IMG/VR virus record: IMGVR_UViG_2693429668_000006
Length of the DNA: 64,000 bases
DNA from: a virus
Lineage: Duplodnaviria; Heunggongvirae; Uroviricota; Caudoviricetes
Reading direction: 5' to 3' (one strand)
Below are positions 29,701 through 39,347 of this stretch, in pieces. How positions within the stretch are numbered: the first letter of the stretch is position 1; each line of letters opens with the position of its first letter. A program made the position numbers and the translations under genes. The notes beneath the pieces are model-generated. The model searched no databases and was not told where the DNA came from. It worked only from the letters and a program-made list of their open reading frames with translations.

Positions 29701-31522
29701 TTTCCCCCTGCGCGATGTTAACGATGCGAACGCGCATAGGTTCGAGGTCTGGTTCTGTAATAGTCCAGACGCCGTTCAAAACAGGCGTTTCAGCCGAAGA
29801 CAGGGCTTTTGAAAACGTAACTTTTGTTATATTTTCGCCAGTTTCAAGAACATCGCGTTCAACGATTTTGCCTTCCTGATTCAGTATTCGAATAAAGCAG
29901 CCGCCTTTGGCTAACGACACAGGCGCATCGAGTGTGACGCTGTTTTTGGTAAACGCCACAATTCGACCTGAGTTACGTTTGCCTGCGCGATATTTGTTCT
30001 GAATCAGAACGGTTTCACCAGGCATCAGAAATGACGCGTCTAAGCCGGCAGTAAATGTAATTACATCCGACTCCATTCTGGCGGTATATAAAAGCCACAA
30101 ACCAACTCGGTGAGCCTGCCCTCGGCTTGTACAGCCAAATGCTACGACTTCTGTTTTACGCTCACCATAACGGCGCATTGCGTCCTGATCTTCGACGTAC
30201 TCGATGTTTTGCTTATAACCGTCCTCCTTGTTGTTGTAGGTTACGAGCGCAACGGATGGGCGATCTTTACGCGCAGAACCTTTATAGGTAAACAATCCAT
30301 CTTTGACGTTAGAGTTGGTAAACATCATTACCGGATCTGATGGGCTATCCTGCATGATGTTAACCATCCCACCAGCCCAAAACACCATGCCGCGGAATGC
30401 TCCGGCAATATCCTGAATTAGCCGGTATGCGTCCTGTCGACTGGTGATCTGCGTATTGATTGCAAAGCGTTTCTCTTTGCCACCAAAGCCATCATCGACC
30501 TCTTCGTCACAATATCGACCAATCTGGTACAACTGGCCAAGGTCAATCATAGATTCCGACACATACTGACCAAGGCCATATCGAGCATTGGTCAGCAAAT
30601 CAAAGAGAATCCACGCGGGGTTCGAAGAAGACAACAGCTTAAAAGTGCCATCCCATACCCCAGCGTAAGTGTTACTGGACTCGTTATAGTTTGAAGGTAC
30701 TCGAATTTTTAGGCCACGCACCAGATAAGAGCGAGATGGCATGGTGCTGCCGAATTGCTCAGAGTTTACCTTCAATCCAACCAAAACAGAGTTTGGATAG
30801 TTCATCGGTGTATCGACAATTTCCCCGATTGAATCCACCCATGTATCGTTATAGAGATACTGGCTACTGTTATCATCGGTAATACGGACCACACGAACCT
30901 TGTATGCTCGTCCAGGCTTAGGCAGCTTCAGCTCATAGCTACGGTAATAAACGCCGGTCTTCTTTGCTGTTAGCTTAATGCCAACGCTTTTTTCACCTTC
31001 AGCGACCACATCTACAAATGTTGAGTCGCCATTTGCTATCTGGAACTTGTACTCAACAGTCGTACCGTTCGTGTCACCAGTTTTTTTATCTATGCTTCGC
31101 AAAGAAGGAAACTTCATGATGACACGAACCCGATCAGCTTCATCGTTATCGATTGAAACCGTTACATAATGTGTTTTTTTTAACTGGATATTGACGGATT
31201 TAGGCGTTTCAACGAAATCAAAGCCAGACATTGGAGTCTGGTCTTGTGAACCGTCGCGAAAATCCCATGTGATTCCGCTGAAGTTGGAGGAACCGTCTTC
31301 ATTTACAATCGGCAGATCGTCGATAAAAATAGATCTTGCGCCATTTACTAAGCCGCCAATTACCCCTTCCCCAAGAAGATCGAGGATAGCGGCCATTGCA
31401 CGAGAATTTACGGTATCGTCGGCTTCAACCGGTGTACGGCTGGAGCTTTTGCTGCTTTTTTTACCACCCGCACCGGCAATAAACAGCGGTAGCTTTTTCT
31501 TCTTGAACTGTTCCATGTTCAA
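26789..31522 (-). CDS. tail tip / host specificity protein (lambda J-like) with expanded coiled-coil stalk
   Basis: N-terminal and C-terminal regions align by eye with lambda J (e.g. VGLKVNSEQFGS..., GQKYVAGIALGID...); about 370 aa of 28-residue-type repeats inserted. Confidence 0.8.
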   Translation of the reverse strand: MNMEQFKKKKLPLFIAGAGGKKSSKSSSRTPVEADDTVNSRAMAAILDLLGEGVIGGLVNGARSIFIDDLPIVNEDGSSNFSGITWDFRDGSQDQTPMSGFDFVETPKSVNIQLKKTHYVTVSIDNDEADRVRVIMKFPSLRSIDKKTGDTNGTTVEYKFQIANGDSTFVDVVAEGEKSVGIKLTAKKTGVYYRSYELKLPKPGRAYKVRVVRITDDNSSQYLYNDTWVDSIGEIVDTPMNYPNSVLVGLKVNSEQFGSTMPSRSYLVRGLKIRVPSNYNESSNTYAGVWDGTFKLLSSSNPAWILFDLLTNARYGLGQYVSESMIDLGQLYQIGRYCDEEVDDGFGGKEKRFAINTQITSRQDAYRLIQDIAGAFRGMVFWAGGMVNIMQDSPSDPVMMFTNSNVKDGLFTYKGSARKDRPSVALVTYNNKEDGYKQNIEYVEDQDAMRRYGERKTEVVAFGCTSRGQAHRVGLWLLYTARMESDVITFTAGLDASFLMPGETVLIQNKYRAGKRNSGRIVAFTKNSVTLDAPVSLAKGGCFIRILNQEGKIVERDVLETGENITKVTFSKALSSAETPVLNGVWTITEPDLEPMRVRIVNIAQGETPGSFDITAVENNPSKYEAIDNGATLIPQNTTVLDPTYSKPSNLQITEGTYLSSPGNLSVKLTATWEGKSPEYWISWRRSDENNVSNWQSARVTEEQYEIVNVAENGRYDFQLYAVSFNGKKTEIISTVYQVLGTMTPPDAPTSLTAVGDYRNVILNWVNPDSVDLDHINVYASQTNNLDTAKLIAESASTTFTHAGLGDSETWYYWVRASNKRGMLSPPNSNLGTEATTRDVLSFLTGKITSSELGQALLEDINSKASQEAVDELNEHINQSVESLEGAVNDVKEDIAELDKQFSDNLADFEIKFNERSDALENAQTELKGEVSATIDKVNEAFEKIDATDAAIVEIENTVSEHDKALANTVEAIKAARDEAAALIAKESEARVEGDAANAKQLEVLQSTVEESSAAVEEMKKTVAEVDRASAELTTNIEALAKTNIDLALRQDEDQHKQMVNNAKIATTQKTFADDMSAMATKVEEIRVEIGEDIKASILEESTARADGDEALAKRVTQLQSKFEGDISAAISTEQEARTSADEALTTQITQLESKVSNDIVAAIKEEQEARATEDSALASQITQLQAKVDDDISAAIRSEQEARASGDSALAKQINQLQSKVDGDISAAITQEQEARASADQALSREINSLRAQTGTDIAAAVAVETKARTDADSALSTQITSLTAKANDLEASLARETTARADGDTALTKEVSSLKAQTAKDISAAVAVETQARTDADSALSSQITKLTSQYKEDIKAAVATETKTRTEQDAALATQITNLESQTAANISAAVTTETTARTQADNALSGRIDTLKAEVDGNTATIQQQATAIADTNKKVSTAWTLKMETSTSGGQKYVAGIALGIDTTGLSQFLVQADRFGLVNSVNGKITTPFVIENSIAYMNGAYIKDGTITNAKVGDLQSTNFVSGRSGWRFGKNGTLEINGNSGGNGRLVINGQRIDVYDDNNVLRVRIGRL

Positions 31523-31533
31523 AAAATCCTTGT

Positions 31534-32127
31534 TTACATTAGCTGGTCAATCGTGATTGAAGAACTCACAACCTGTGAGCCAACCAGAATTTCCTCGCCA
31601 TAGATAAGTTGTACTGGGTTGCCCTGGTTTTCTGTATTTTGAGGGCCGTCGAAATAATAAGAGTTCGAGTTATCTGCCTGTCTCACACTTTCGTTAGTGG
31701 CTTGCGGCGATATGATTTGTGATATGCCGCCCATCATCAGTGACAAACCGAGAGGTGCTAAAGCAGGCATCACTACCGCCGATACAACCAACAAAGCGGC
31801 CCCTACTACCGTCTGAAACCACCCAAAAGCAGATCCACCGCTTCCTCGCGGAACAGGTGTAATGCGGATTTTGGCAATGTTGTCAGACTGCCCCATCATC
31901 TGATATTCACTTTCGTCAACAGACCACTTGTGGCCCTGTTTATTGGTGATCTGGATGTGGTAACGGTCATAGGTTTTGATATTGCGCTTCATCCATGCTT
32001 TAAACCCAGGCTTGTTGGCCTCAATTAAATCCAGAGCCTGTTTTGTATTGCGCACCTTTAGATGCCAGTGGCGGCCAAAATGTTTGGCCATAGGGCCGCC
32101 AAGCTGCACATGAACTAACTCAGACAC
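31534..32127 (-). CDS. tail assembly protein (lambda I-like)
   Basis: Gene order after K; segments VPRGSGGSAFG and LIYGEEILVGSQVVSSSI parallel lambda gpI. Confidence 0.6.
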   Translation of the reverse strand: MSELVHVQLGGPMAKHFGRHWHLKVRNTKQALDLIEANKPGFKAWMKRNIKTYDRYHIQITNKQGHKWSVDESEYQMMGQSDNIAKIRITPVPRGSGGSAFGWFQTVVGAALLVVSAVVMPALAPLGLSLMMGGISQIISPQATNESVRQADNSNSYYFDGPQNTENQGNPVQLIYGEEILVGSQVVSSSITIDQLM

Positions 32128-32939
32128 GTCTCATCTCCCTTGAGCAAGTCTCTGTGACGCAAGTGATGCGTCGTATGTTTCTGATACATTCCGCCGTAAT
32201 AAGCACGACAACTAAGACGGTCGATCTGGTGATGAAGAATCATTCCATCGCCGATATAAACCGCGCAGTGATCTGGCATTTTCCCGTATTGAATAAAGAA
32301 GACGTCCCCACGTTGAGGCTCTGTTCTAGGTGCAAGCCGTACCAATCCCTCGTTTCGGTAGTTCTGGTCGAGAATGTCGTTATCGCCGGTGTACCACGAT
32401 GGAATATGCAGGTGTGCGTTCGGGTTAAGCTCGACGTTAAACTCACGCTTCAAATAGTCCCGACACAACATCCAGCAATCGAATACGCCAAATACATACG
32501 GTCTACCCAGGTATGGCATTTCGAAACCATCAGGTGTGATCACATTCATCTCGCTAAAATGGAAAGGGGCATCTCCCTCAACATTCTTGCGAATAGCCAG
32601 AATCATCCACGGAACTTCCGTCGCTTCACAGCCTGCACGATCGGCATCAGATGCTTCTGCTGATTCATCAGTATGTGAATGCCAGATTGCGATTACGTCA
32701 CCTGCATCCTCTGCCGCCATAATGTCGTCAACGTGCATTACAAAAGTGTTCTGCGGGTTCTCCGAAACATTTCGCGCTTCCATAAAGCGATATTTGTCGC
32801 CATTAGTTCTCACCAGAAAGCCACACGCTTCATTAGGGTAGCGATTTATGGCGCAGAGATAGATTTGCTGCATAACATCAGAGCCAAGCTCAGGGATTGC
32901 TTTATTACCCATATCGCGTAGCTCCAATAAACCCGCCAA
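32115..32939 (-). CDS. tail assembly protein (lambda K-like; MPN/JAMM + NlpC/P60 domains)
   Basis: JAMM-like IWHSHTDESAEASDAD and Cys/His NlpC-P60-like C-terminus (DCWMLCRDY). Confidence 0.65.
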   Translation of the reverse strand: MAGLLELRDMGNKAIPELGSDVMQQIYLCAINRYPNEACGFLVRTNGDKYRFMEARNVSENPQNTFVMHVDDIMAAEDAGDVIAIWHSHTDESAEASDADRAGCEATEVPWMILAIRKNVEGDAPFHFSEMNVITPDGFEMPYLGRPYVFGVFDCWMLCRDYLKREFNVELNPNAHLHIPSWYTGDNDILDQNYRNEGLVRLAPRTEPQRGDVFFIQYGKMPDHCAVYIGDGMILHHQIDRLSCRAYYGGMYQKHTTHHLRHRDLLKGDETCLS

Positions 32940-33603
32940 AATGGATCACTCCGTTGGCAAAATAATTCCGACGCGCATTACAGGCGTCATAACGTTTTGT
33001 GCAGTAATCAGCACCAGACATAGACGTCTGCTGGTTATTTTTGTCGAAATATGGACCGGTATAGCCGCATTCTGGCCCTCGGTATTTCCACGGGCAGGTG
33101 TTTTTAATGATCTGACGATACGGCAGTTGCACCCCCATCAAATCGAACACACTGGACAATTCAAACTCGACAACCTGATGAGTTTCGAGAGTTTTCTGTT
33201 CGATAAACCACATTTCATCCGGGAAATGTTGGTTTGGATCTGCTGTTGGGTTGCCGTCTTTAAAATTAACGGCATCGAGGAAGCGAGCCAGCGTCATCTT
33301 GCGAATAATGCGGCAGCCAACAAGATCGTCGTTCGCCTGAACTTCCGCAGAGACGGTTCCGGCAAAGTTCGATACCTGAATTTTTGGACGTGGCAACGTT
33401 CCCTGGCCAGTTTTGTCAAAGCCTGATGCTTTGATTGGCCACGGCTCGTATGTCACTCCTTGCCAGACGACCGGTTGCATCAGTTCGTTTGTTCCGGCGT
33501 GGAAGAATAACTTCCCCCCTGAAGTTGTGTTCGACATATCCAGTACGAACAACTCAATGAGTGCAGAGGGAGATAAGCTCTGAATATCAGCTTTAATTCC
33601 CAT
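32905..33603 (-). CDS. minor tail protein (lambda L-like)
   Basis: Shared segments with lambda gpL (e.g. RFLDAVNF, CPWKYRGPECGY, GGF); start set at ATG 33603 with SD AAGGATGA. Confidence 0.7.
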   Translation of the reverse strand: MGIKADIQSLSPSALIELFVLDMSNTTSGGKLFFHAGTNELMQPVVWQGVTYEPWPIKASGFDKTGQGTLPRPKIQVSNFAGTVSAEVQANDDLVGCRIIRKMTLARFLDAVNFKDGNPTADPNQHFPDEMWFIEQKTLETHQVVEFELSSVFDLMGVQLPYRQIIKNTCPWKYRGPECGYTGPYFDKNNQQTSMSGADYCTKRYDACNARRNYFANGVIHFGGFIGATRYG

Positions 33604-33685
33604 TGTTTCATCCTTGAAATAAGTAGGCGCTAACATCCTGTCAGCGCCACAATGATAGTAAATTAGTACTTACTTATCCAGATAC

Positions 33686-34021
33686 TTAAGCCTCAAATAC
33701 TTGTCTGAATGTAGCAGTTAAGACACAGTACCCCTGATATCGCTTGACCGTATGACTGTCACATACAACTACAATCCGTTTTCCTCTTGGATTAACCCAA
33801 TAGAACGACTCAACGCCTGCTCGCTCAGTCAGGAAGTCATCGATTGCATTAATTTCGTTGTATGATCTGGTAAAGGTTAACGACCATTCTTCTTTAATAC
33901 GATTAAGACCTTGAGCCTGTCGCTGCTCGTAGTCATCACCAAAATTAAGTACCGTTACATTCGGTTTTACGCTTTTTTCAGATTCGTAATCTGGATACCA
34001 ATTAAACGTTTGTCTTTCCAT
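33686..34021 (-). CDS. minor tail protein (lambda M-like)
   Basis: 111 aa; pattern FGDDYEQRQAQGLN resembles lambda gpM FGDGYSQRAPAGLN; gene order. Confidence 0.6.
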   Translation of the reverse strand: MERQTFNWYPDYESEKSVKPNVTVLNFGDDYEQRQAQGLNRIKEEWSLTFTRSYNEINAIDDFLTERAGVESFYWVNPRGKRIVVVCDSHTVKRYQGYCVLTATFRQVFEA

Positions 34022-34063
34022 CTCACATCCTTGTGAGACTGCCCCGGTCGGGGCAGTCGATAG

Positions 34064-37000
34064 TTAGTTACGTTGAGTGTTTGGGTTGAGTGATCCGCCA
34101 GGGCGTTTCTCTTGAGCGATAGTCTCAAGCGCGATTGCTTTCATCCGTTGAGCGGCATTGTTCCATATGCTTTCTGTATCGCCGGATTCAGTTGTGCTAC
34201 CGTCACTATGGACGTTGATCTCAATTGATACAGGAGAAAGAACATTTCCTCCTCCACTCATACCATCGGTACTGAGCGTTACAGGGATTGTTCGACCATC
34301 AGGCAATGGAACATACGCCTCATTCATAGAACCTTCCCCAAACAACGCTAATTGAGGTGAGTTAGCAATACCGCCTTTCTGGTATGCCCGGAGCGGGATC
34401 ACGCCGTCTTTTCCGAATATTCCGCCATTTGCAAACTTCGGGATTGCAGGAATGCCTTTAGTTCCGTCAGCCACACTGCTGGTTGCGGTTTTAGCAGAGC
34501 TTGATGTCACGCTGTCGAAACCACCGCCAGCCCATACTGAAACCAAACCAGATGCAACTGTCGCGCCGAAATTCAACCACTTATTACCAGAGCCGGAAGC
34601 ATTAGCTCCAAGCATTGCAAACGCGGCAGACAGAGCGCCGGTAACAGAGCTGAGGTTCTGCATCGAGAAGATGGAGTCCTTCACTGCTTTTGTCTCAGCA
34701 TCTTTGGCTTCGGTGCTATTAAATAGCCCTGATACCCAGCTACCAATCGCATTTGTTGCTGTGCCAATTGCGCTGGTGGTCTGCTGTGTCGTTTGCCCCA
34801 ATCCAGTTACCGAACTGGACGTCTCCTTCGTGGCTTCTCCTACCGACTTGTCGCCATTAACAGTGTTGCTTATGCGCACACCTTGATTGGCAACTGCGGA
34901 AGCAACCCCGGTGAGCAAATTACCACTCTGTGAACTACCAGCTGCGGTGGTTCCCATTCCCAACATGTTCATTAGAGGCAGCGTGATCTGCGACTTCACG
35001 ACCATATTGGTGATATCTTTCAAAATGGACTGAGATAGGCTGGAGAAGCTCATCTTCCCGTTAATAACGAAATCAGTCAGGACATCAGTTAAGCCACTAA
35101 ACAAATCAGTCCAGGTGCTTTCGATCTGCTCTGCCAGATTTTCGTATTCCAGTGCCAACTTCTGCGTCGCAGTCCCCGTCTCTTTAATAAGCGCGGTATT
35201 GCCAGCAGCAATCAGTTGATTGATTTTCTTTGTATAAAGCGCCACAACTTTAGGATCAGACGCCTTATCACGAAGTTCTATCAACGCTTTGAGATTGCGG
35301 TTGTAGGTGTCTTCGAAATCAGCAACTTTCTCTTCGCGAGACGGCGTATAGCCAGCACTAATAATGGAATCCGCCTCCGGTGCCCAAGTGGAGATCATCT
35401 GCTCAACATTGCGGCGATTAAACATCTCACGATATTCAGGTGTCGCATTTTTGAGGTCTTCAAGACGTTTTTTCGCCTTGTCGATCATCTCTTGAGTGAT
35501 GAACTCGTTAGGAACCGCATTAGCCAAATCTGTCAGCGATTTCGTTGTATCGCGAAGAGACTGATCAAACGATACCGTAGCCTTAGAGCTTTCACCCATT
35601 TGCCCCATAAGCTGATCGGCTTTGTCCAGAGCCTTCTGGTATCCGGCTGCCAGTTTCTGTTGCGCTGCCTGTTCCTTCTTGGCCGCACGCTGCGAGGCGT
35701 TAGCTGATCGTTGGGCTGCTTTCTCGGCAGCTGCTGCATCCTGTTCACGAGCTTTAGTAAGTGCGGCAATGGCTGCGGCACGCTCTTCATCGCTCATTTT
35801 CTCCAGAGAGCTGGCACTGGATGCTTTCTGCAAATTAAGCTGCGTCTTGAGTTGTTTAGGCCCAATAATCGGCTTACCTTCGAAGTCCATCATCGGAGTG
35901 CCGTCAGGCAAAGTACGCTGATAAGTCGCAGAATCCATCTGGTTTCGCATATATTGCGCCAACGCCTTCTGAGCAGCTTTATCAGTTGTACCTAACCCAA
36001 GAACAGTCCCCTGGTTTGACATTACGCCCTTACCAGTTTTGGCCGCGTTATCTCTCTCGAACTCTGCCTGAGTAAGTTCCTGAGCAACGGCTTCCAAATG
36101 CTCCTGATAACCACGAATACTGCCTTGCAGTTTCTGGATTTGCTCGGTATTGCCATCCTTTTTGGCTTTTTCAAGCTGATCATTAAGAGTCGCGATTTGC
36201 TTCTCGGTCGCATTCTTACGAGAAGAAAGTGAATCAACCAGTTTTTGCGCAGGCTCCAGATAGCTTTTGTTTACCGTTTCACGTAACGGTGCCAATAGCT
36301 TGTTCTTTTCGTCATCTGAAAGTGAACCGTCATCATTGATTTTCTGGATCTTATCCAGAGCCTCCTGCCGGGCTTTCACGAATGTTGCCGCGAAAATCTG
36401 GTTTTCCGCTCGAATTTTCTCAATCTGAGATTCGGCAGCCTCTTTAGCCAAACGCTTTGCTACAGCGCCGTCACCAAGAGCTATCGTGCCGGTTATCTTT
36501 TGATACTCTTCCTGATTTTTTTTCAGGCGTGCTTCGATGTCAGCCTTCGACTCTTTGTGAGTAATAACACCGGCAGAGTTAGATACGTAATTAACACCCT
36601 CACCAGTTTTTAATGCTCGTTGATCAGCAAGAATCTGCTTTTCGAGCTTTTCTGCGCGGTCGGCCATTTGTGCACGTTTGGCCGCCGTCATCGCCTCTGG
36701 TATTTTCCTAATCTCGTCAACGACCTTTGAAGTTTCGCTGCGGAGCATGGTCATGTACGTGATTAGGCCAGCAACAGCTACAGTGGCAACTGTAAATGCT
36801 GCCCCTATAGGGTTTGCTGCAATGAACGCCGTTAATCCAGCAAAAGCGCCTTTAAGCCCCGTAATCGCCCCACGGATGGCGAAAATAAGAGAGGGGATCG
36901 GAGCCAGCCCCATACGTGCCGCACGATTGAATCGGGTTACTGCTGTAGCGCCGAGGTTAAATGGAGTCTGTATGGCGGTCGCCATCGTGGCAAAGGTGCT

Positions 37001-38638
37001 AACCATCTGGCTGCCTGCGCCAACTACCCCCATGATCCCTGCTCGCATCAGTTTGAACGCAACCATCGCGGCCACGACCTTACCGAGATTAATTACCAGC
37101 TCTTGGTTCTTTGCTAACCATTGAGCAAGCTGACGCAACCCATCGATTGCCGTCGTTAACCCCGAGCCTAAAGAATTGGCAAACGAAATCCCTTCGGCGC
37201 TATTCATGATTGAAGCCAGTTCTTTCATCCCCTTCGATAGAGAATCCAGATATCCGGCCTGACCAACCCGATCAGCAAATAACGTGAATGACGTCTGAAG
37301 TTGCGCCAGCGCACCTGTGTAGGTTTGCATCATGTCTTTCGCTGCGTTCTCATTCTCCGCACGCAGACCAACAAACATCAGAGACAACGCCTGTTTTGCC
37401 TCAACCGTACCGCTGGCAACGGCTTTAGTCAGTTCCCCCATAGTGATGCCTGCGGCGTCTGCCATTGCCTGCATCGCGTTAGGAACGGCTTCACCTAATT
37501 GCTGACGTAGCTCTTCCATTGACACAACGCCCTTACCGGACATCTGCTGAACGGCCACAGCCGCACGTTTCAACAGCTCACTATCACCACCAAAACGAGC
37601 AACGGAGTCCACCAGCGCCTTCAGAGAACCATCGGTTGGATCTAAGCCAGCAGAACGAAACTTCACGAAGGAATCTGTTAACGCCTGCATCGCGAACGGC
37701 GCATTTTGCGCCATGTCTACGATGTACTTCATATCATCAGCGGCAGCCTGGCCCGGGTTGGACTTCTCCTTATTCAACCCTCGAAGCATCACCCGCATAC
37801 GTTCCATTTCGGCCGCAGCTTCAACAATAGGCTTCTGCCACCCAAACATGATGTCAGTAACCGTTCTGGCTGCATCTCCGATCTCGCCAAGCAGGAAAAT
37901 GTTGCCACGAAGGCCAGAGAATATACCTCCTTCGTTACTTTTACCGCTATGGCCAGAAGCGCCGCTACGCCGCCCGCTACCACCATCGCCACTTCCAGAT
38001 GTACGAACGCGTACCGGCTTGCTAATCAGTTGCTGACGTCCGATAACTTCGTCCATCTGCTCACGAACCTTTTTCAGTCCCTCGGCAGCCTGACTCGTTG
38101 TGACACCCCAATTACTGAGTCGCTTCGTCGTGGTATTAAGGCGCGTATTCATGCCACTCACGGACGCAGAGGCTTCTTTGGCCTCCGTACCAAAGCGGCT
38201 TGCGCTTTTGCTTGCATAGGTCGCCCAATCAGAGAAATCATTTAGCTCTGATTGCACTTTACGTAATGACGCGGTGAGTTTATCTACTGAAGAAGTTGTC
38301 GTATCGACGCGCTCAATCAGGGCTTTAAGACCAGAATTGAGGCTGGTGATGTTGCCACGCATTTTACGCGTAGCATCTGAAGCAAGCTCAAAACCGGCAG
38401 CTACATCCTGTAGTTTATCTGCCGTAGAATCGAGCTTGCTTTCCAGAACGCCAATGATACGGGCGACCGAACCCAAAGAGCGTTCAAAGGTTTGGATTTT
38501 TTGAGCAGGCTTTGTTACCTGCTCACCAAATCGAGTAAGCAGTTTCCCCGCACGATCGATTGACGCTGTAAACTGTTTGTCTTCCAGCGACAGGATAAAC
38601 TCTACGTTTTGTGACATTCCCTTGTCATCCTCTGCCAA
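34064..38638 (-). CDS. tail tape measure protein
   Basis: 1524 aa, coiled-coil and Gly/Ala-rich hydrophobic segments, position between G-T chaperones and M. Confidence 0.75.
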   Translation of the reverse strand: MAEDDKGMSQNVEFILSLEDKQFTASIDRAGKLLTRFGEQVTKPAQKIQTFERSLGSVARIIGVLESKLDSTADKLQDVAAGFELASDATRKMRGNITSLNSGLKALIERVDTTTSSVDKLTASLRKVQSELNDFSDWATYASKSASRFGTEAKEASASVSGMNTRLNTTTKRLSNWGVTTSQAAEGLKKVREQMDEVIGRQQLISKPVRVRTSGSGDGGSGRRSGASGHSGKSNEGGIFSGLRGNIFLLGEIGDAARTVTDIMFGWQKPIVEAAAEMERMRVMLRGLNKEKSNPGQAAADDMKYIVDMAQNAPFAMQALTDSFVKFRSAGLDPTDGSLKALVDSVARFGGDSELLKRAAVAVQQMSGKGVVSMEELRQQLGEAVPNAMQAMADAAGITMGELTKAVASGTVEAKQALSLMFVGLRAENENAAKDMMQTYTGALAQLQTSFTLFADRVGQAGYLDSLSKGMKELASIMNSAEGISFANSLGSGLTTAIDGLRQLAQWLAKNQELVINLGKVVAAMVAFKLMRAGIMGVVGAGSQMVSTFATMATAIQTPFNLGATAVTRFNRAARMGLAPIPSLIFAIRGAITGLKGAFAGLTAFIAANPIGAAFTVATVAVAGLITYMTMLRSETSKVVDEIRKIPEAMTAAKRAQMADRAEKLEKQILADQRALKTGEGVNYVSNSAGVITHKESKADIEARLKKNQEEYQKITGTIALGDGAVAKRLAKEAAESQIEKIRAENQIFAATFVKARQEALDKIQKINDDGSLSDDEKNKLLAPLRETVNKSYLEPAQKLVDSLSSRKNATEKQIATLNDQLEKAKKDGNTEQIQKLQGSIRGYQEHLEAVAQELTQAEFERDNAAKTGKGVMSNQGTVLGLGTTDKAAQKALAQYMRNQMDSATYQRTLPDGTPMMDFEGKPIIGPKQLKTQLNLQKASSASSLEKMSDEERAAAIAALTKAREQDAAAAEKAAQRSANASQRAAKKEQAAQQKLAAGYQKALDKADQLMGQMGESSKATVSFDQSLRDTTKSLTDLANAVPNEFITQEMIDKAKKRLEDLKNATPEYREMFNRRNVEQMISTWAPEADSIISAGYTPSREEKVADFEDTYNRNLKALIELRDKASDPKVVALYTKKINQLIAAGNTALIKETGTATQKLALEYENLAEQIESTWTDLFSGLTDVLTDFVINGKMSFSSLSQSILKDITNMVVKSQITLPLMNMLGMGTTAAGSSQSGNLLTGVASAVANQGVRISNTVNGDKSVGEATKETSSSVTGLGQTTQQTTSAIGTATNAIGSWVSGLFNSTEAKDAETKAVKDSIFSMQNLSSVTGALSAAFAMLGANASGSGNKWLNFGATVASGLVSVWAGGGFDSVTSSSAKTATSSVADGTKGIPAIPKFANGGIFGKDGVIPLRAYQKGGIANSPQLALFGEGSMNEAYVPLPDGRTIPVTLSTDGMSGGGNVLSPVSIEINVHSDGSTTESGDTESIWNNAAQRMKAIALETIAQEKRPGGSLNPNTQRN

Positions 38639-39292
38639 ATATTTGCATCAGTTGCTCTTTGGCGTCAGGGTCTGCCTTATCCTGGCTTGGATCGTAGACT
38701 TTATCTGTTACGACTGGTCTTCCAATCCTGAGTTGCAAACCCTCCATGAACGCCTTCACAGCCTCGCCATCCGCCTGGGACGCACGAGCGACTTGTAAGT
38801 TGCGGACATCCTCTTCCGCACGCAGACGGTCTATATTGCGACTGAGCATCCAGAACATCGTGAGAGGAACGTTCAGTAGCTCTAATGGCGACACGGCGTA
38901 GTGAGCAACTACACGACTGAAATAGAATCCGAGATCTATTGAGACGGTCCTTGTCCCGGATTCATCGCGGGAAATTACTTTGCCCCTTCGCCAGCCGCTT
39001 TTTCGTTTTCTTCATCAATCACTTCCATAGCGAAGGTGAAGATCTGCTGGAGTTGCGGAACAGTCAGTTTTTCAAGAACTTCGTCAGGTACTGAAGGGAT
39101 AACCTTACGAACCAGATCTGCATAAGCTGTCACTTGCTCAACAGGAGACATATTCATGAGATCTTTGCCTTCCATCTGCTTGATGGAAACGAACAGACCT
39201 ACCGTCATTTCAACGATGGGATATTCCTGACCGCCAAATTTGATGCTTTTCTTCGGAGGCAGAATGGAATCTAGATCGAGTAATTTGGTCAT
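38625..39292 (-). CDS. tail assembly chaperone G-T fusion produced by programmed -1 frameshift
   Basis: -1 frame stays open across the G stop into ORF 38625..38894; candidate slip site GCA-AAG-TAA at 38975..38983. Confidence 0.5.
38975..39292 (-). CDS. tail assembly chaperone (lambda G-like)
   Basis: 105 aa ending ...EENEKAAGEGAK; upstream of tape measure. Confidence 0.6.
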   Translation of the reverse strand: MTKLLDLDSILPPKKSIKFGGQEYPIVEMTVGLFVSIKQMEGKDLMNMSPVEQVTAYADLVRKVIPSVPDEVLEKLTVPQLQQIFTFAMEVIDEENEKAAGEGAK

Positions 39293-39347
39293 TGGTTAAA
39301 ATCCTTTTAAAAGAGAGGCCCATCCTGAGCCTCTGCTTAATTACTGA

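Noticed and set aside
27389-30340. Plus-strand ORFs antisense to the J-like gene (e.g. 27971..28405, 28398..28925)
   Set aside because: Serine/Ala-rich antisense translations of the coiled-coil repeat region; no independent support
34158-38504. Plus-strand ORFs antisense to the tape measure gene
   Set aside because: Embedded in a long, well-supported minus-strand gene; low-complexity products
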